From: a virus
Direction: 5' to 3' (one strand)
IMG/VR virus record: IMGVR_UViG_3300025151_000001
Coordinates: 28,241 to 92,240 of that record
Length of the DNA: 64,000 nucleotides
Shown here: piece by piece, positions 47,497 to 55,996 of the stretch
Position numbering within the stretch: the stretch's first letter is position 1
Layout: each line of letters starts with the position of its first letter
Translations under genes and position numbers: made by a program
The notes under the pieces: model-generated
Databases searched by the model: none
What the model was told of the DNA's origin: nothing
Seen by the model: the letters and a program-made list of their open reading frames with translations, nothing else

Positions 47497-47668
47497 GCTT
47501 AACGCCTCCGTCCGTCGCTTGTTCGTCATCATTCAAGAGGGTGTCGGCATCCATTGGCTGAGGCATACCTGCTTTTACCCAACAATCATAACAAAAGCCA
47601 AAAGGAGCCTCTGTTGAACCAAAATATTCAGGGTCATAACAACAACTATAATATTTCCAATCAGGCAT
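47489..47668 (-). CDS. small Cys-rich protein
   Basis: YSCC...FCYDCW; coupled to both neighbours. Confidence 0.5.
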   Translation of the reverse strand: MPDWKYYSCCYDPEYFGSTEAPFGFCYDCWVKAGMPQPMDADTLLNDDEQATDGGVKHG

Positions 47669-49253
47669 AAGCAGCCCTCTTTTGTAGTTTATTTTCAACT
47701 GTATTTTCTTCTGACTTTTTAAATCCTTTTAACTGATTTTTATACTTTTTTAGAAGTTTAGAAATGATTGAGGTAGCACTTTCAAAATTAAGCCTATCGT
47801 TAATTTTAGATTGGAATTCCTTAACTGCTTCATCTGGTAAATTTCTCAGTTTAGGATAACTTCTTTCAAGGCCTGCTCTATCAAATTTAATGATGGTTCC
47901 AATTCCTTCTAATTCATCCATTGCAGACATTTTGCAGTTATCTCTATACTTTTGAATATCGTCTTTATAGATGCCTTCTTTTTCAAAATCAAAACCAACG
48001 TGGTCTTTGTGGTTTTCCCATTTCATAAGTTTGAAAATTTCACCACATCGTTGCTTATACCAATCTTGTTTCTTAAATGATTTTTTCATTCGGACTAATT
48101 CTAGAAGTAATTCTGCATTTCCTTTCTTTAATCGGAAGTGAGGAAGACATTTGGTGAGAAGATTATGCACATCATCCTGTGAATAAAAGTTTAGGCGATT
48201 AACAGGACGGGTATCTTGTGGTGACTTTTGGTCAAGATGAAGACGACCGAAACCAATGCTTTTATGCATTTCTTCCATGAAAGCCTTCCCTCTTTCGCCC
48301 GTTGCAACTAAACCGACCCTAGGGTTAAAACTCCTATCCATTGTAATGTAACCATCTGAATCAATAAATGCAGCAGTATAAGCCCAAATATTTTTCTTAA
48401 TCTCTGAAGAGAATTTATAATAAGAACCACTTGTGTTAACGATATCTAATTTTTTAACTAGTTGAGAAATAGATGCAGGACTTGAAGATTTATATAAAAT
48501 AGTAGGCATTCTATCATGAATCTGCTTTGCTCCAATACCGGGTTCATCACAAACTGATTTCAAGATAAAATCTTCAATCCTCTCTTTCTTCGACTTAGTA
48601 ATAGATTGATTTGAAATTTTAGCAAGGGAGTTTCGAAATTGCTTTTTAGCAGAATTCATTTCTTTTTGGAGAATAGCAAATTCTTTTCCTAAATTTACTT
48701 CTCTTTGATTTAGGTCAGCCTCCCAATATTTACACAAAGAATCGACAACTTCTCTTCGAATATCTTTATTTTTCATCTTATGGAGTTTATGTAAATCTTT
48801 TTCATTAAATCTCATTTTAAGAAGAGTAGATTTGTATGGCCTAACCCAATGAATAAAATTAATTGACTTATCAATATGGTCAGAATAAGCATCAATAAGA
48901 GTATCAATAGATTTAGACATACGTTCTCTATCATCGCCCTTTAACTTTCGCCTAGCCTTACGCAATTTTCTAATCAAGTCTGGAACAGTTTCTTCTTTAA
49001 CAATATACTCCTTTGGAAAAGAATCTAAGTGCTTTCTTGCTTGGGAAGCATTAATTTTTAAATCATTGGATAGTTTGGTAATTTCTTCTAGTTCTGAAAA
49101 AACTGCTCCCGTATCAAGTGATGCTCTAATTTCAGTAAAGTCTACACCTAAGGCTCTTTCTGCCTCATCTTTAACTTGTTCTTCTTCTTCATCTAATTCT
49201 GCTAGACGCTCCATTCGGCTCGCCGCTTCTCTATATTCTTCAGGAGTAGGCAC
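47661..49253 (-). CDS. multidomain protein: helical N-terminus, wHTH, LAGLIDADG endonuclease domain
   Basis: AYTAAFIDSDGYIT, LPHFRLKK..A; EPGIGAKQIH HTH. Confidence 0.75.
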   Translation of the reverse strand: MPTPEEYREAASRMERLAELDEEEEQVKDEAERALGVDFTEIRASLDTGAVFSELEEITKLSNDLKINASQARKHLDSFPKEYIVKEETVPDLIRKLRKARRKLKGDDRERMSKSIDTLIDAYSDHIDKSINFIHWVRPYKSTLLKMRFNEKDLHKLHKMKNKDIRREVVDSLCKYWEADLNQREVNLGKEFAILQKEMNSAKKQFRNSLAKISNQSITKSKKERIEDFILKSVCDEPGIGAKQIHDRMPTILYKSSSPASISQLVKKLDIVNTSGSYYKFSSEIKKNIWAYTAAFIDSDGYITMDRSFNPRVGLVATGERGKAFMEEMHKSIGFGRLHLDQKSPQDTRPVNRLNFYSQDDVHNLLTKCLPHFRLKKGNAELLLELVRMKKSFKKQDWYKQRCGEIFKLMKWENHKDHVGFDFEKEGIYKDDIQKYRDNCKMSAMDELEGIGTIIKFDRAGLERSYPKLRNLPDEAVKEFQSKINDRLNFESATSIISKLLKKYKNQLKGFKKSEENTVENKLQKRAAYA

Positions 49254-49262
49254 ATAATCACC

Positions 49263-50693
49263 TCAAAAGTTCAGGCCCATGAAGCCGCGCTGCGGTCGGG
49301 AAGTGGTTGGGTTCCCACCGAACAGGTCCAAGTCGTCAAGCAGAATAAACGCTTCTGAAGCCTGATAGGTGGCTGCATTTGCTAAGGCGAGACTCATAAC
49401 CATGTCGTCATGTGCGCCGATTCCCTCAAACTTTCCATTGTCTGTAATTGCGAACATAGACATTTCTTCTACTAATGTTGAAGTAACTCTCCTACTTTCT
49501 TCATTGCCATAAGGGAACTGAATTTTCTTATTCTCAAGAGACATTTGAAGATTGAGAATAATCTCCTGCTTCTTCCGACGAGTCGTGTTGAAATCATGAA
49601 CGTTAATGTCCGCGACTTGGCGTAACTCTTGTGTGAAAGACTTTGCGAATGTATTTGTTTCAAACAAAACAACTTCAGGACGGAACATTGAGTTAATCAG
49701 TTTAACTTTCTGAATGTTGTCTCGGAATTGAACGTTCTTTGCTCGGTCAATATAGACCAAACGTTTGTTCTCATCCTCATCCATTTCGAGAACCGTGATT
49801 ACGTTATAGTCACCATCAGTTGAAATAGCAGGGTCCACACCAACGAAATATTTGTGACCTTCTCTTCGCATTGGCTTTAGAACGAGGTCTTTATTCTTAG
49901 CAGCATCTAAGTATTCTGGATTGAACAAACTCATACCTGTTGAAATAGGAACACACATATATTCTCTTGTGAACTTAAGAGTTCCAATTTCAGCCTTACG
50001 AGACATAAGAGCATCGTAGTTCCAACGCTCGGGCCATAGGGGTTCATTTAATGAATCTAAACAGGGATAAGTTCTAACCGTGTAGGCTTCGTTTTCTGCT
50101 AACTGTTGGTAAATATCTGTATAACTGAAAGGTGTTCCAATAACGCGAAGTGATGCGGTGTGGTGAAGTGTAGGAATCATGTCTCCATAAAACCAATCAG
50201 TAACCTTTTGAATAGCGGTCATGCTAAATTCTTTCAAAGGGTCGTCAATTACAATCTCTTGTGGGTGAAGACCACGAATCTGAGAACCGACAGAACGCTC
50301 AAGGATTTGGTTTCCATTCGTAAGAGTAATGTTTCCAATCGCCCAACCGCGTGCAGGTTTATATTTCTTGAGATATGGATGGGCGAATAATTTATCAATG
50401 TCTCTCATGTGAACCATTGTCTGTTTTTGGTTAGATGAAATATAAAGCATTTGATAAGGTGGCTCTTGGAAAACTAAATTCCAAACGACCCAACTGTGCA
50501 TAAATACAGACTTACCGTGGTCACGGGAACAGATGATAACAGTTCTTTGAGTGCTATTCATCAGTTCGTGCCATTCTTGAATATAAGATGGAAAGTCAAA
50601 ACCTAAAACTTGCTGAAAGAAATATGGAAAAGAAGTGGCGGACAACTTCATGTCCATTGCTTCTTGCAAGTCTAAAGGTGCGGACTCCATCAT
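49263..50693 (-). CDS. terL: terminase large subunit
   Basis: CSRDHGKS, IVIDDP, GTP, FTREY, VGVDPA, AHDDMVMSLALA. Confidence 0.93.
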   Translation of the reverse strand: MMESAPLDLQEAMDMKLSATSFPYFFQQVLGFDFPSYIQEWHELMNSTQRTVIICSRDHGKSVFMHSWVVWNLVFQEPPYQMLYISSNQKQTMVHMRDIDKLFAHPYLKKYKPARGWAIGNITLTNGNQILERSVGSQIRGLHPQEIVIDDPLKEFSMTAIQKVTDWFYGDMIPTLHHTASLRVIGTPFSYTDIYQQLAENEAYTVRTYPCLDSLNEPLWPERWNYDALMSRKAEIGTLKFTREYMCVPISTGMSLFNPEYLDAAKNKDLVLKPMRREGHKYFVGVDPAISTDGDYNVITVLEMDEDENKRLVYIDRAKNVQFRDNIQKVKLINSMFRPEVVLFETNTFAKSFTQELRQVADINVHDFNTTRRKKQEIILNLQMSLENKKIQFPYGNEESRRVTSTLVEEMSMFAITDNGKFEGIGAHDDMVMSLALANAATYQASEAFILLDDLDLFGGNPTTSRPQRGFMGLNF

Positions 50694-51205
50694 TTCCTCC
50701 CCCTTAAAACATAAAACCACTTTGAAATTGGTAAGCCTTTGACTCCCCATGTAGCGCCTTTAGGGTGATTACTGTAATAATTTCTAAAACCTTCAACGGT
50801 TGAATTATTTCCATAACTTCCCAACTGTTCATCAGTAGGGGCCATCGTCCATCCTTTACCTTCATTAATTCGAATCCAATCCTTATTAGACATAGTGCTA
50901 CTACTAAATCCAGCAAAATAAGGTTTTGGTAATGTATTATCTGCTTTTTCTGTTAATTTTTTATAAAATCCTTTTCCTTGATATTTTGGAGAAACGAAAG
51001 TTCCACCTCTTAAAGTAATGCCTTCTTTTTTAGAATACCCAGCAGCACCAACAATGTTGTCATCATCAAATAAAACTAAATAGTTGGTGATAGGATAAAA
51101 AGAATCAAGAGGAGAATTTTTCGAACGATTGCTCGGTAGGGTTCCTCCTTCTGTTTTTTTCCAAAGAGAAACTAATTCCTCTTTAGGCATATCTTTGAAT
51201 TCCAT
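50690..51205 (-). CDS. GNAT-family acetyltransferase-like protein
   Basis: FVSPKYQGKGFY acetyl-CoA loop; C-terminal KWFYVLR. Confidence 0.6.
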   Translation of the reverse strand: MEFKDMPKEELVSLWKKTEGGTLPSNRSKNSPLDSFYPITNYLVLFDDDNIVGAAGYSKKEGITLRGGTFVSPKYQGKGFYKKLTEKADNTLPKPYFAGFSSSTMSNKDWIRINEGKGWTMAPTDEQLGSYGNNSTVEGFRNYYSNHPKGATWGVKGLPISKWFYVLRGRK

Positions 51206-51209
51206 ATTA

Positions 51210-51449
51210 TCACTCGTATTCTTTGATTAGACCTTTAATTTCTTCTGATACTTTCCTGAGTCTCTGAGCCAAACTTTTGTATCTTGAAGCCCTGCTTTTA
51301 TCCTTTAAAGCATACTCTTCCAAGATAGGAACAAACCTGTTAATTGCCCCATGTAATGATGGAGAGGCACTAAATTTTTGCCTAAGTTCTCTAGAAATTT
51401 GTTCAGGAGGATGCTGAACAGGATATTTCCTATCGTAGTATTCAGCCAA
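51210..51449 (-). CDS. hypothetical protein
   Basis: GGTGA SD, probable TTG start. Confidence 0.5.
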   Translation of the reverse strand: MAEYYDRKYPVQHPPEQISRELRQKFSASPSLHGAINRFVPILEEYALKDKSRASRYKSLAQRLRKVSEEIKGLIKEYE

Positions 51450-51454
51450 ATTAA

Positions 51455-51742
51455 TCACCTTCTTGATTTATTACCGTGACATTTCCATTTCTTACGACTT
51501 AGATTATTTGGACTATTGGGGTCACTTCTCCAATTGCCCTTGATTTTATTAGACCTAGCACAGTAAGCGTCCCCCTTAGAAGTTCCGGGTCTGATTCTAT
51601 CTTTTCCATCTTTGGCTTTTCCTGCTTGACCATACCTAACAGTTTTTTTTCTTCCGGTTTTTTTATTCGTGACTACTTTCTTAAAACGTCTTTTAAATTT
51701 TAAGACGTCCTCCTTTTCTTTGAGAATATCTTTCCAATCCAT
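51455..51742 (-). CDS. WxxILK-leader basic protein (DUF6321-like)
   Basis: MDWKDILK; YCARS...DPNSPN..SRKKWKC. Confidence 0.6.
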   Translation of the reverse strand: MDWKDILKEKEDVLKFKRRFKKVVTNKKTGRKKTVRYGQAGKAKDGKDRIRPGTSKGDAYCARSNKIKGNWRSDPNSPNNLSRKKWKCHGNKSRR

Positions 51743-51743
51743 T

Positions 51744-52190
51744 TCAATTTCTCCTATTTTTTGGACGGATATACTCATCTAAGAATGAAGCAGGATTTTC
51801 ATCTGAAAATAAATCTGAAACAGAACGTGCATCATCTTGTTTCCCTTCATTTTTGCATTTTTCGAAGTCTTCTAATATTTTTTTAGCAGACGGAACATAC
51901 CAACTTGGTAATTTACTTTCGCCTCTTGGTGGGTTTTTTGCACTTTCGATTCTTTCTTTAAGTAATTGAATAATATAATCGCATGTTTCTTCTACATCAT
52001 ATTCTAAAATATTTTCCGCATTTTGTCTCATATATTCCGCATTTGGTTTTAGATAAGGAAATTCATCCGACATACTTTCATAGTAATCTGCTAATTTATG
52101 GTCAAGCATAGCAAAATCAGATACTAAATTGGTGCAACAAAGTTTTTTTGCATCCACTTTAACATTTTTAAGAATAGTCTTCCAATTCAT
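51744..52190 (-). CDS. WxxILK-leader protein
   Basis: MNWKTILK; CC...C...C. Confidence 0.65.
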   Translation of the reverse strand: MNWKTILKNVKVDAKKLCCTNLVSDFAMLDHKLADYYESMSDEFPYLKPNAEYMRQNAENILEYDVEETCDYIIQLLKERIESAKNPPRGESKLPSWYVPSAKKILEDFEKCKNEGKQDDARSVSDLFSDENPASFLDEYIRPKNRRN

Positions 52191-52191
52191 T

Positions 52192-52581
52192 TCAATCACC
52201 TTTCATTTGGTTTTTCTTGGACTTTTCATCATCCTTAATAGGACCACCTGCGGCCCAAGTATAACAAGTCCTATCCTTATGACATTTAAAGTCGTGCATC
52301 CAACAATATCCCAATTTGCCCTCTAATGGCATACATTCTTTCATTCTTGGGCTAACGTCAAAAGCAACACAGTTTGAACAATTGGTTTTCTTAGCAGCCT
52401 CAACATCGGTATTCCAATGTTCTGCAATTTTTTCCCAATAGTCACCGGGTTTTTCAATAGTCAAGGGACCATACTGAATATGCTTTGCTTTGATAGCAGC
52501 ATCTCTGTTCTTAGTGTTTAACTTCAAGTCTTTGGTTGCCCGTGGGCAAGCCAACTGTTTTAGAATGACTTCCCAACTCAT
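52192..52581 (-). CDS. WxxILK-leader Cys-rich (HiPIP-like motif) protein
   Basis: MSWEVILK; CSNC...GYC...C...C..W. Confidence 0.65.
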   Translation of the reverse strand: MSWEVILKQLACPRATKDLKLNTKNRDAAIKAKHIQYGPLTIEKPGDYWEKIAEHWNTDVEAAKKTNCSNCVAFDVSPRMKECMPLEGKLGYCWMHDFKCHKDRTCYTWAAGGPIKDDEKSKKNQMKGD

Positions 52582-52586
52582 TATAA

Positions 52587-52973
52587 TCATTCCTTAAATG
52601 CGCTAACTAATCTGCTCAGATTATCTTTCTGTTTCTTCTCTTTCCTCTTAGAAGGAAGGTTTTCCTCAACAAGCCGAGCATATTCAGCAATTTTCTCTTT
52701 GGTTACATAACCAAAAACATTATCGTTTTCCTTAATGCCAATGTCTTGAGGGTGTTTTAATCCGGGATAGGCTAACATAACTTCATATTGACGGTAATCC
52801 ATAGGGTTATCGAGGTATTCTCTAGGAGTGCTATATGCTCCCTTTCCTGCAAGGATGCTAAATTTCACTCCTTCTCCGAATTCGTAGATAACGTTCCAAT
52901 TACCGTTTCTATCTACTTTGAAATCTAAAGAATCAAAGTTAAACTTTTGTTTTAAAATATTTTTCCAACTCAT
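52587..52973 (-). CDS. WxxILK-leader protein
   Basis: MSWKNILK. Confidence 0.65.
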   Translation of the reverse strand: MSWKNILKQKFNFDSLDFKVDRNGNWNVIYEFGEGVKFSILAGKGAYSTPREYLDNPMDYRQYEVMLAYPGLKHPQDIGIKENDNVFGYVTKEKIAEYARLVEENLPSKRKEKKQKDNLSRLVSAFKE

Positions 52974-52978
52974 TATAA

Positions 52979-53158
52979 TCACCTCTTAGGATTTCTAAGC
53001 ATAGCAAAATCTTTTCCGGTAATCTTTCCGTCCTTGTCGGCATCAATTTTCTTTTGATTACCAGAGAGTTTCTCCATCTCTTGCTTTTCACAATCAGCGC
53101 AACCGCAGCCCATTTTTTCTGTGCCGCAATGGGCTTTTAGAATATCTTTCCAAGTCAC
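52979..53158 (-). CDS. WxxILK-leader protein with EF-hand-like loop
   Basis: GTG start VTWKDILK; DADKDGKITGKDF. Confidence 0.6.
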   Translation of the reverse strand: MTWKDILKAHCGTEKMGCGCADCEKQEMEKLSGNQKKIDADKDGKITGKDFAMLRNPKR

Positions 53159-53159
53159 T

Positions 53160-53531
53160 TCATCCTCTCCTTCTTTTATACGTTTTACACGCAGCGCAAG
53201 TAGGTCTGCATCTTTGCTTAGTTCCCTTAGAAGCATCTTTACGACCACAGGGTTCTGTTCCCTCTTCGTCGTCTTCACAAGATTGGCACGAAATCCAACC
53301 CTTTACCGGACCGCTTCCACCTCTTCTTCCAAACCATTCATGCAAATCATCATTTGCTTTCTTAAGTTTAGATTTTTTACCTTGTCTACATTGAACCATG
53401 TAGCCAGATTTATAGGCTGAACTTTTCATTCCGTATTTTTTATCGGCTAACTTAGCGCAACGGTCTTTAGGCTCACCTTTGCTATTATGCGTTGCGGTGG
53501 CCTTCGCCTTGAGAACTTCTTTCCAATTCAC
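53160..53531 (-). CDS. WxxVLK-leader basic Cys-rich protein
   Basis: GTG start VNWKEVLK; SAYKSG..VQCR, LHEWF, PCGR, CRP. Confidence 0.65.
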   Translation of the reverse strand: MNWKEVLKAKATATHNSKGEPKDRCAKLADKKYGMKSSAYKSGYMVQCRQGKKSKLKKANDDLHEWFGRRGGSGPVKGWISCQSCEDDEEGTEPCGRKDASKGTKQRCRPTCAACKTYKRRRG

Positions 53532-53536
53532 AAAAG

Positions 53537-55996
53537 TCACCTAAAGTTCGCTTTGATTAGATAGACAGAATCAGAAGACACACCGTATTCTAATCCAATA
53601 GATTTGAAAGAATCAATAGCCTTTACGATGTTCTCAATCTCAAGAGCCGTTAGGTCTAAATTGCTCTGTTGAAGATAGTTTTGCATCTTAATGATGTCTT
53701 CAATATTTTCATAAGAGAGTAGGCCGTAATAGACCTGCTCTCCCTTGAGTAGTCTTAAATTATCATGTGCTTCAAGTAGAGCCTTTTTAACACGCATAAA
53801 TGCCTTTTCACTTATGATGTTAAAGTCCCGACCCAACGTAAGAAGACCCTGAACATTTTCTTCAAACCTTTCGGGATTTGCATTAAGAATTAAAATCATA
53901 GCATTGAAGTATTCAATATCTTTTGGCTCATTAATTTTTAAATCTTTATAAAGTTCAATGGGGCTTTTATCAAACTCGCTAAAACCAAGAGGAGTTGTCT
54001 TATCTAAACCTTGTAGGTCCATCTGATAGCCAATAAATGCAGCCAATTCCTTTAAAACTTGTTTTTGTTCGGGGCCTCTTCTTGCTTTACCGAAGAAACT
54101 AGCAAGTGCGCGTGAAGCCCTTCTGGCCTTTTTAGCCAACTTATCAAAATCTCTTACTTCACCGGGATTCTTAAATTCTTCAAAGAAACCCGTGATAGAA
54201 TTGATTTGAGTTGATGTAATGGAACTTAGGCCCCGATTAACCTTTGTTTCAAAAGAACCCCTAAGAGAAGTTGAAGATTCAATGGCGCTAACGAAGGGAT
54301 GATTCCTATAGAAAACTAAGTAATCTAATTCTTCGCAAAGTTGCGCTGCTTTGATGAATGTCTTCTCAAGTAATTCAGAAAGTTTTTCCTCAAACTTCTT
54401 AGCGGTTGCTTTCTTCTTTTTAACAGGAAGATTTAGAGAGAAATAGTCTCTGTCTGTAGTAGTTCTCGTAGCGACTCTAAACTGCCTCTTACCTTGACCA
54501 ACATCCTTTTTACTTGGAGTAGTAGGGAAAGCAGCCCCCGTCATAGTTGCAGCCCTAACGGGTTTATCTTCACCGAAATAGAAATCAACAACAGCGTCTA
54601 GGAAAACTTTGATTTCATCTTCCTTCTGTTTAACACTTCTATAAATACCACTAAAAGAAGAATGCTGTGCTAAAAAGTTAGGCAGATAATAATCAGCACC
54701 TTGTTTCTGTGAAATCATACCTTCACTATCAATATCTACTTTGAAAGAAGCGTAGTCTTCCAACTCCTCTAGATTCTCGAACAAATCATCAATGATTTCT
54801 TCAACATCTTCTTTGAATTTAACTTCCACTTCATTTCCTTGAATTTCGTCAAACATTGGTTCAATGAAAATTTCACGAAGATAATTGAGAGCGTCCTCTC
54901 TACTTGTTCCAAAAGCATCAGATTTAACGGCAAGACCATTAAGATTTTGATTTACATGAAGAACCGACAATGGGTCGAGAAGGACTCTTTCCATAGCAGT
55001 TTTAAATTTATCTTCATATTCCGTAAACTCATTCTCTATTCTTTCTTCTGTAACACTAGCATCGAAACGAGTTTTGCCCTTTACACCTTCTGATGAGTCA
55101 AGCATATTTTGAAATGCATTTGCAAATCCTAACTTTGAAATTAAAGTATCGAACATATTAGCGGCTGCTCCGGCTGCATCAAAAATAGAAACTTCCTTTG
55201 GGCTAAACTCATCATCAGTAATCATGAATTTAGCGTTTTTTACTAAATTCTTTTTCGTAACTGTTTGAACAAAGTCTAACTTCTTAAATTTAGGGTCTGA
55301 GAATAATTCGATGAGTTCTCCATAGTCTTCATTGACTTGTTCGAACTCTTTATAAATTCTGTCTCTATCTTCTTTGGACAAACCTAACTTAAATTCATCC
55401 CTGAGAGGAGAAGTGAAGTTAATGATTTTAATTTTACGACTAGGTTTAGGATTAATTTTTCGAATGATAGAACGAGCGAAATTGATTAATTTCTGATGAA
55501 GGCCGGGATTAAGTAATTTAAGATTACCGTCATCAATCTTCTGAGTAAGGTCACGAATTCTAGCCTTTGCCTCTCCCTTATATTTTGAAATCGACCTTCT
55601 ATTTAAATCATTGAGAGAGGTTTCAATTAAGTCTCTAGCAGTAATTGGTTCTCCGCTATAAGTGACTTTGAATGTCTTTAATTTTTTAACATAACCTTCA
55701 AGTAGCGCAGTAATCTGAGTTTCCTCCATTGGCTCAACAGGTCCAGAAGTTGAACTTTGCCCACGGAAAGGGCTATCACGCCCCGTAAATAAACTTTGAA
55801 TCTTCTCAATTAATTCTTCTGATTCGTCAGATGAAAAACCGATACCTTGGTCTTCAAGAAAGTCAATAATCAAACCTTCCTTTTTTCTAGCATTAGTCTC
55901 TCCTCGGTATTTACCATAAAGGCCCAATAGAGGCTGAGGGCCACCGAATCTCTCATTCAGGGCTTCTAGTGCTTTTTGTTTTTCACTAGCATTCAT
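53537..55996 (-). CDS. large hypothetical protein (putative internal/ejection protein)
   Basis: 819 aa, charged; C-terminal VKKA, IIKM and IVKA sites. Confidence 0.6.
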   Translation of the reverse strand: MNASEKQKALEALNERFGGPQPLLGLYGKYRGETNARKKEGLIIDFLEDQGIGFSSDESEELIEKIQSLFTGRDSPFRGQSSTSGPVEPMEETQITALLEGYVKKLKTFKVTYSGEPITARDLIETSLNDLNRRSISKYKGEAKARIRDLTQKIDDGNLKLLNPGLHQKLINFARSIIRKINPKPSRKIKIINFTSPLRDEFKLGLSKEDRDRIYKEFEQVNEDYGELIELFSDPKFKKLDFVQTVTKKNLVKNAKFMITDDEFSPKEVSIFDAAGAAANMFDTLISKLGFANAFQNMLDSSEGVKGKTRFDASVTEERIENEFTEYEDKFKTAMERVLLDPLSVLHVNQNLNGLAVKSDAFGTSREDALNYLREIFIEPMFDEIQGNEVEVKFKEDVEEIIDDLFENLEELEDYASFKVDIDSEGMISQKQGADYYLPNFLAQHSSFSGIYRSVKQKEDEIKVFLDAVVDFYFGEDKPVRAATMTGAAFPTTPSKKDVGQGKRQFRVATRTTTDRDYFSLNLPVKKKKATAKKFEEKLSELLEKTFIKAAQLCEELDYLVFYRNHPFVSAIESSTSLRGSFETKVNRGLSSITSTQINSITGFFEEFKNPGEVRDFDKLAKKARRASRALASFFGKARRGPEQKQVLKELAAFIGYQMDLQGLDKTTPLGFSEFDKSPIELYKDLKINEPKDIEYFNAMILILNANPERFEENVQGLLTLGRDFNIISEKAFMRVKKALLEAHDNLRLLKGEQVYYGLLSYENIEDIIKMQNYLQQSNLDLTALEIENIVKAIDSFKSIGLEYGVSSDSVYLIKANFR

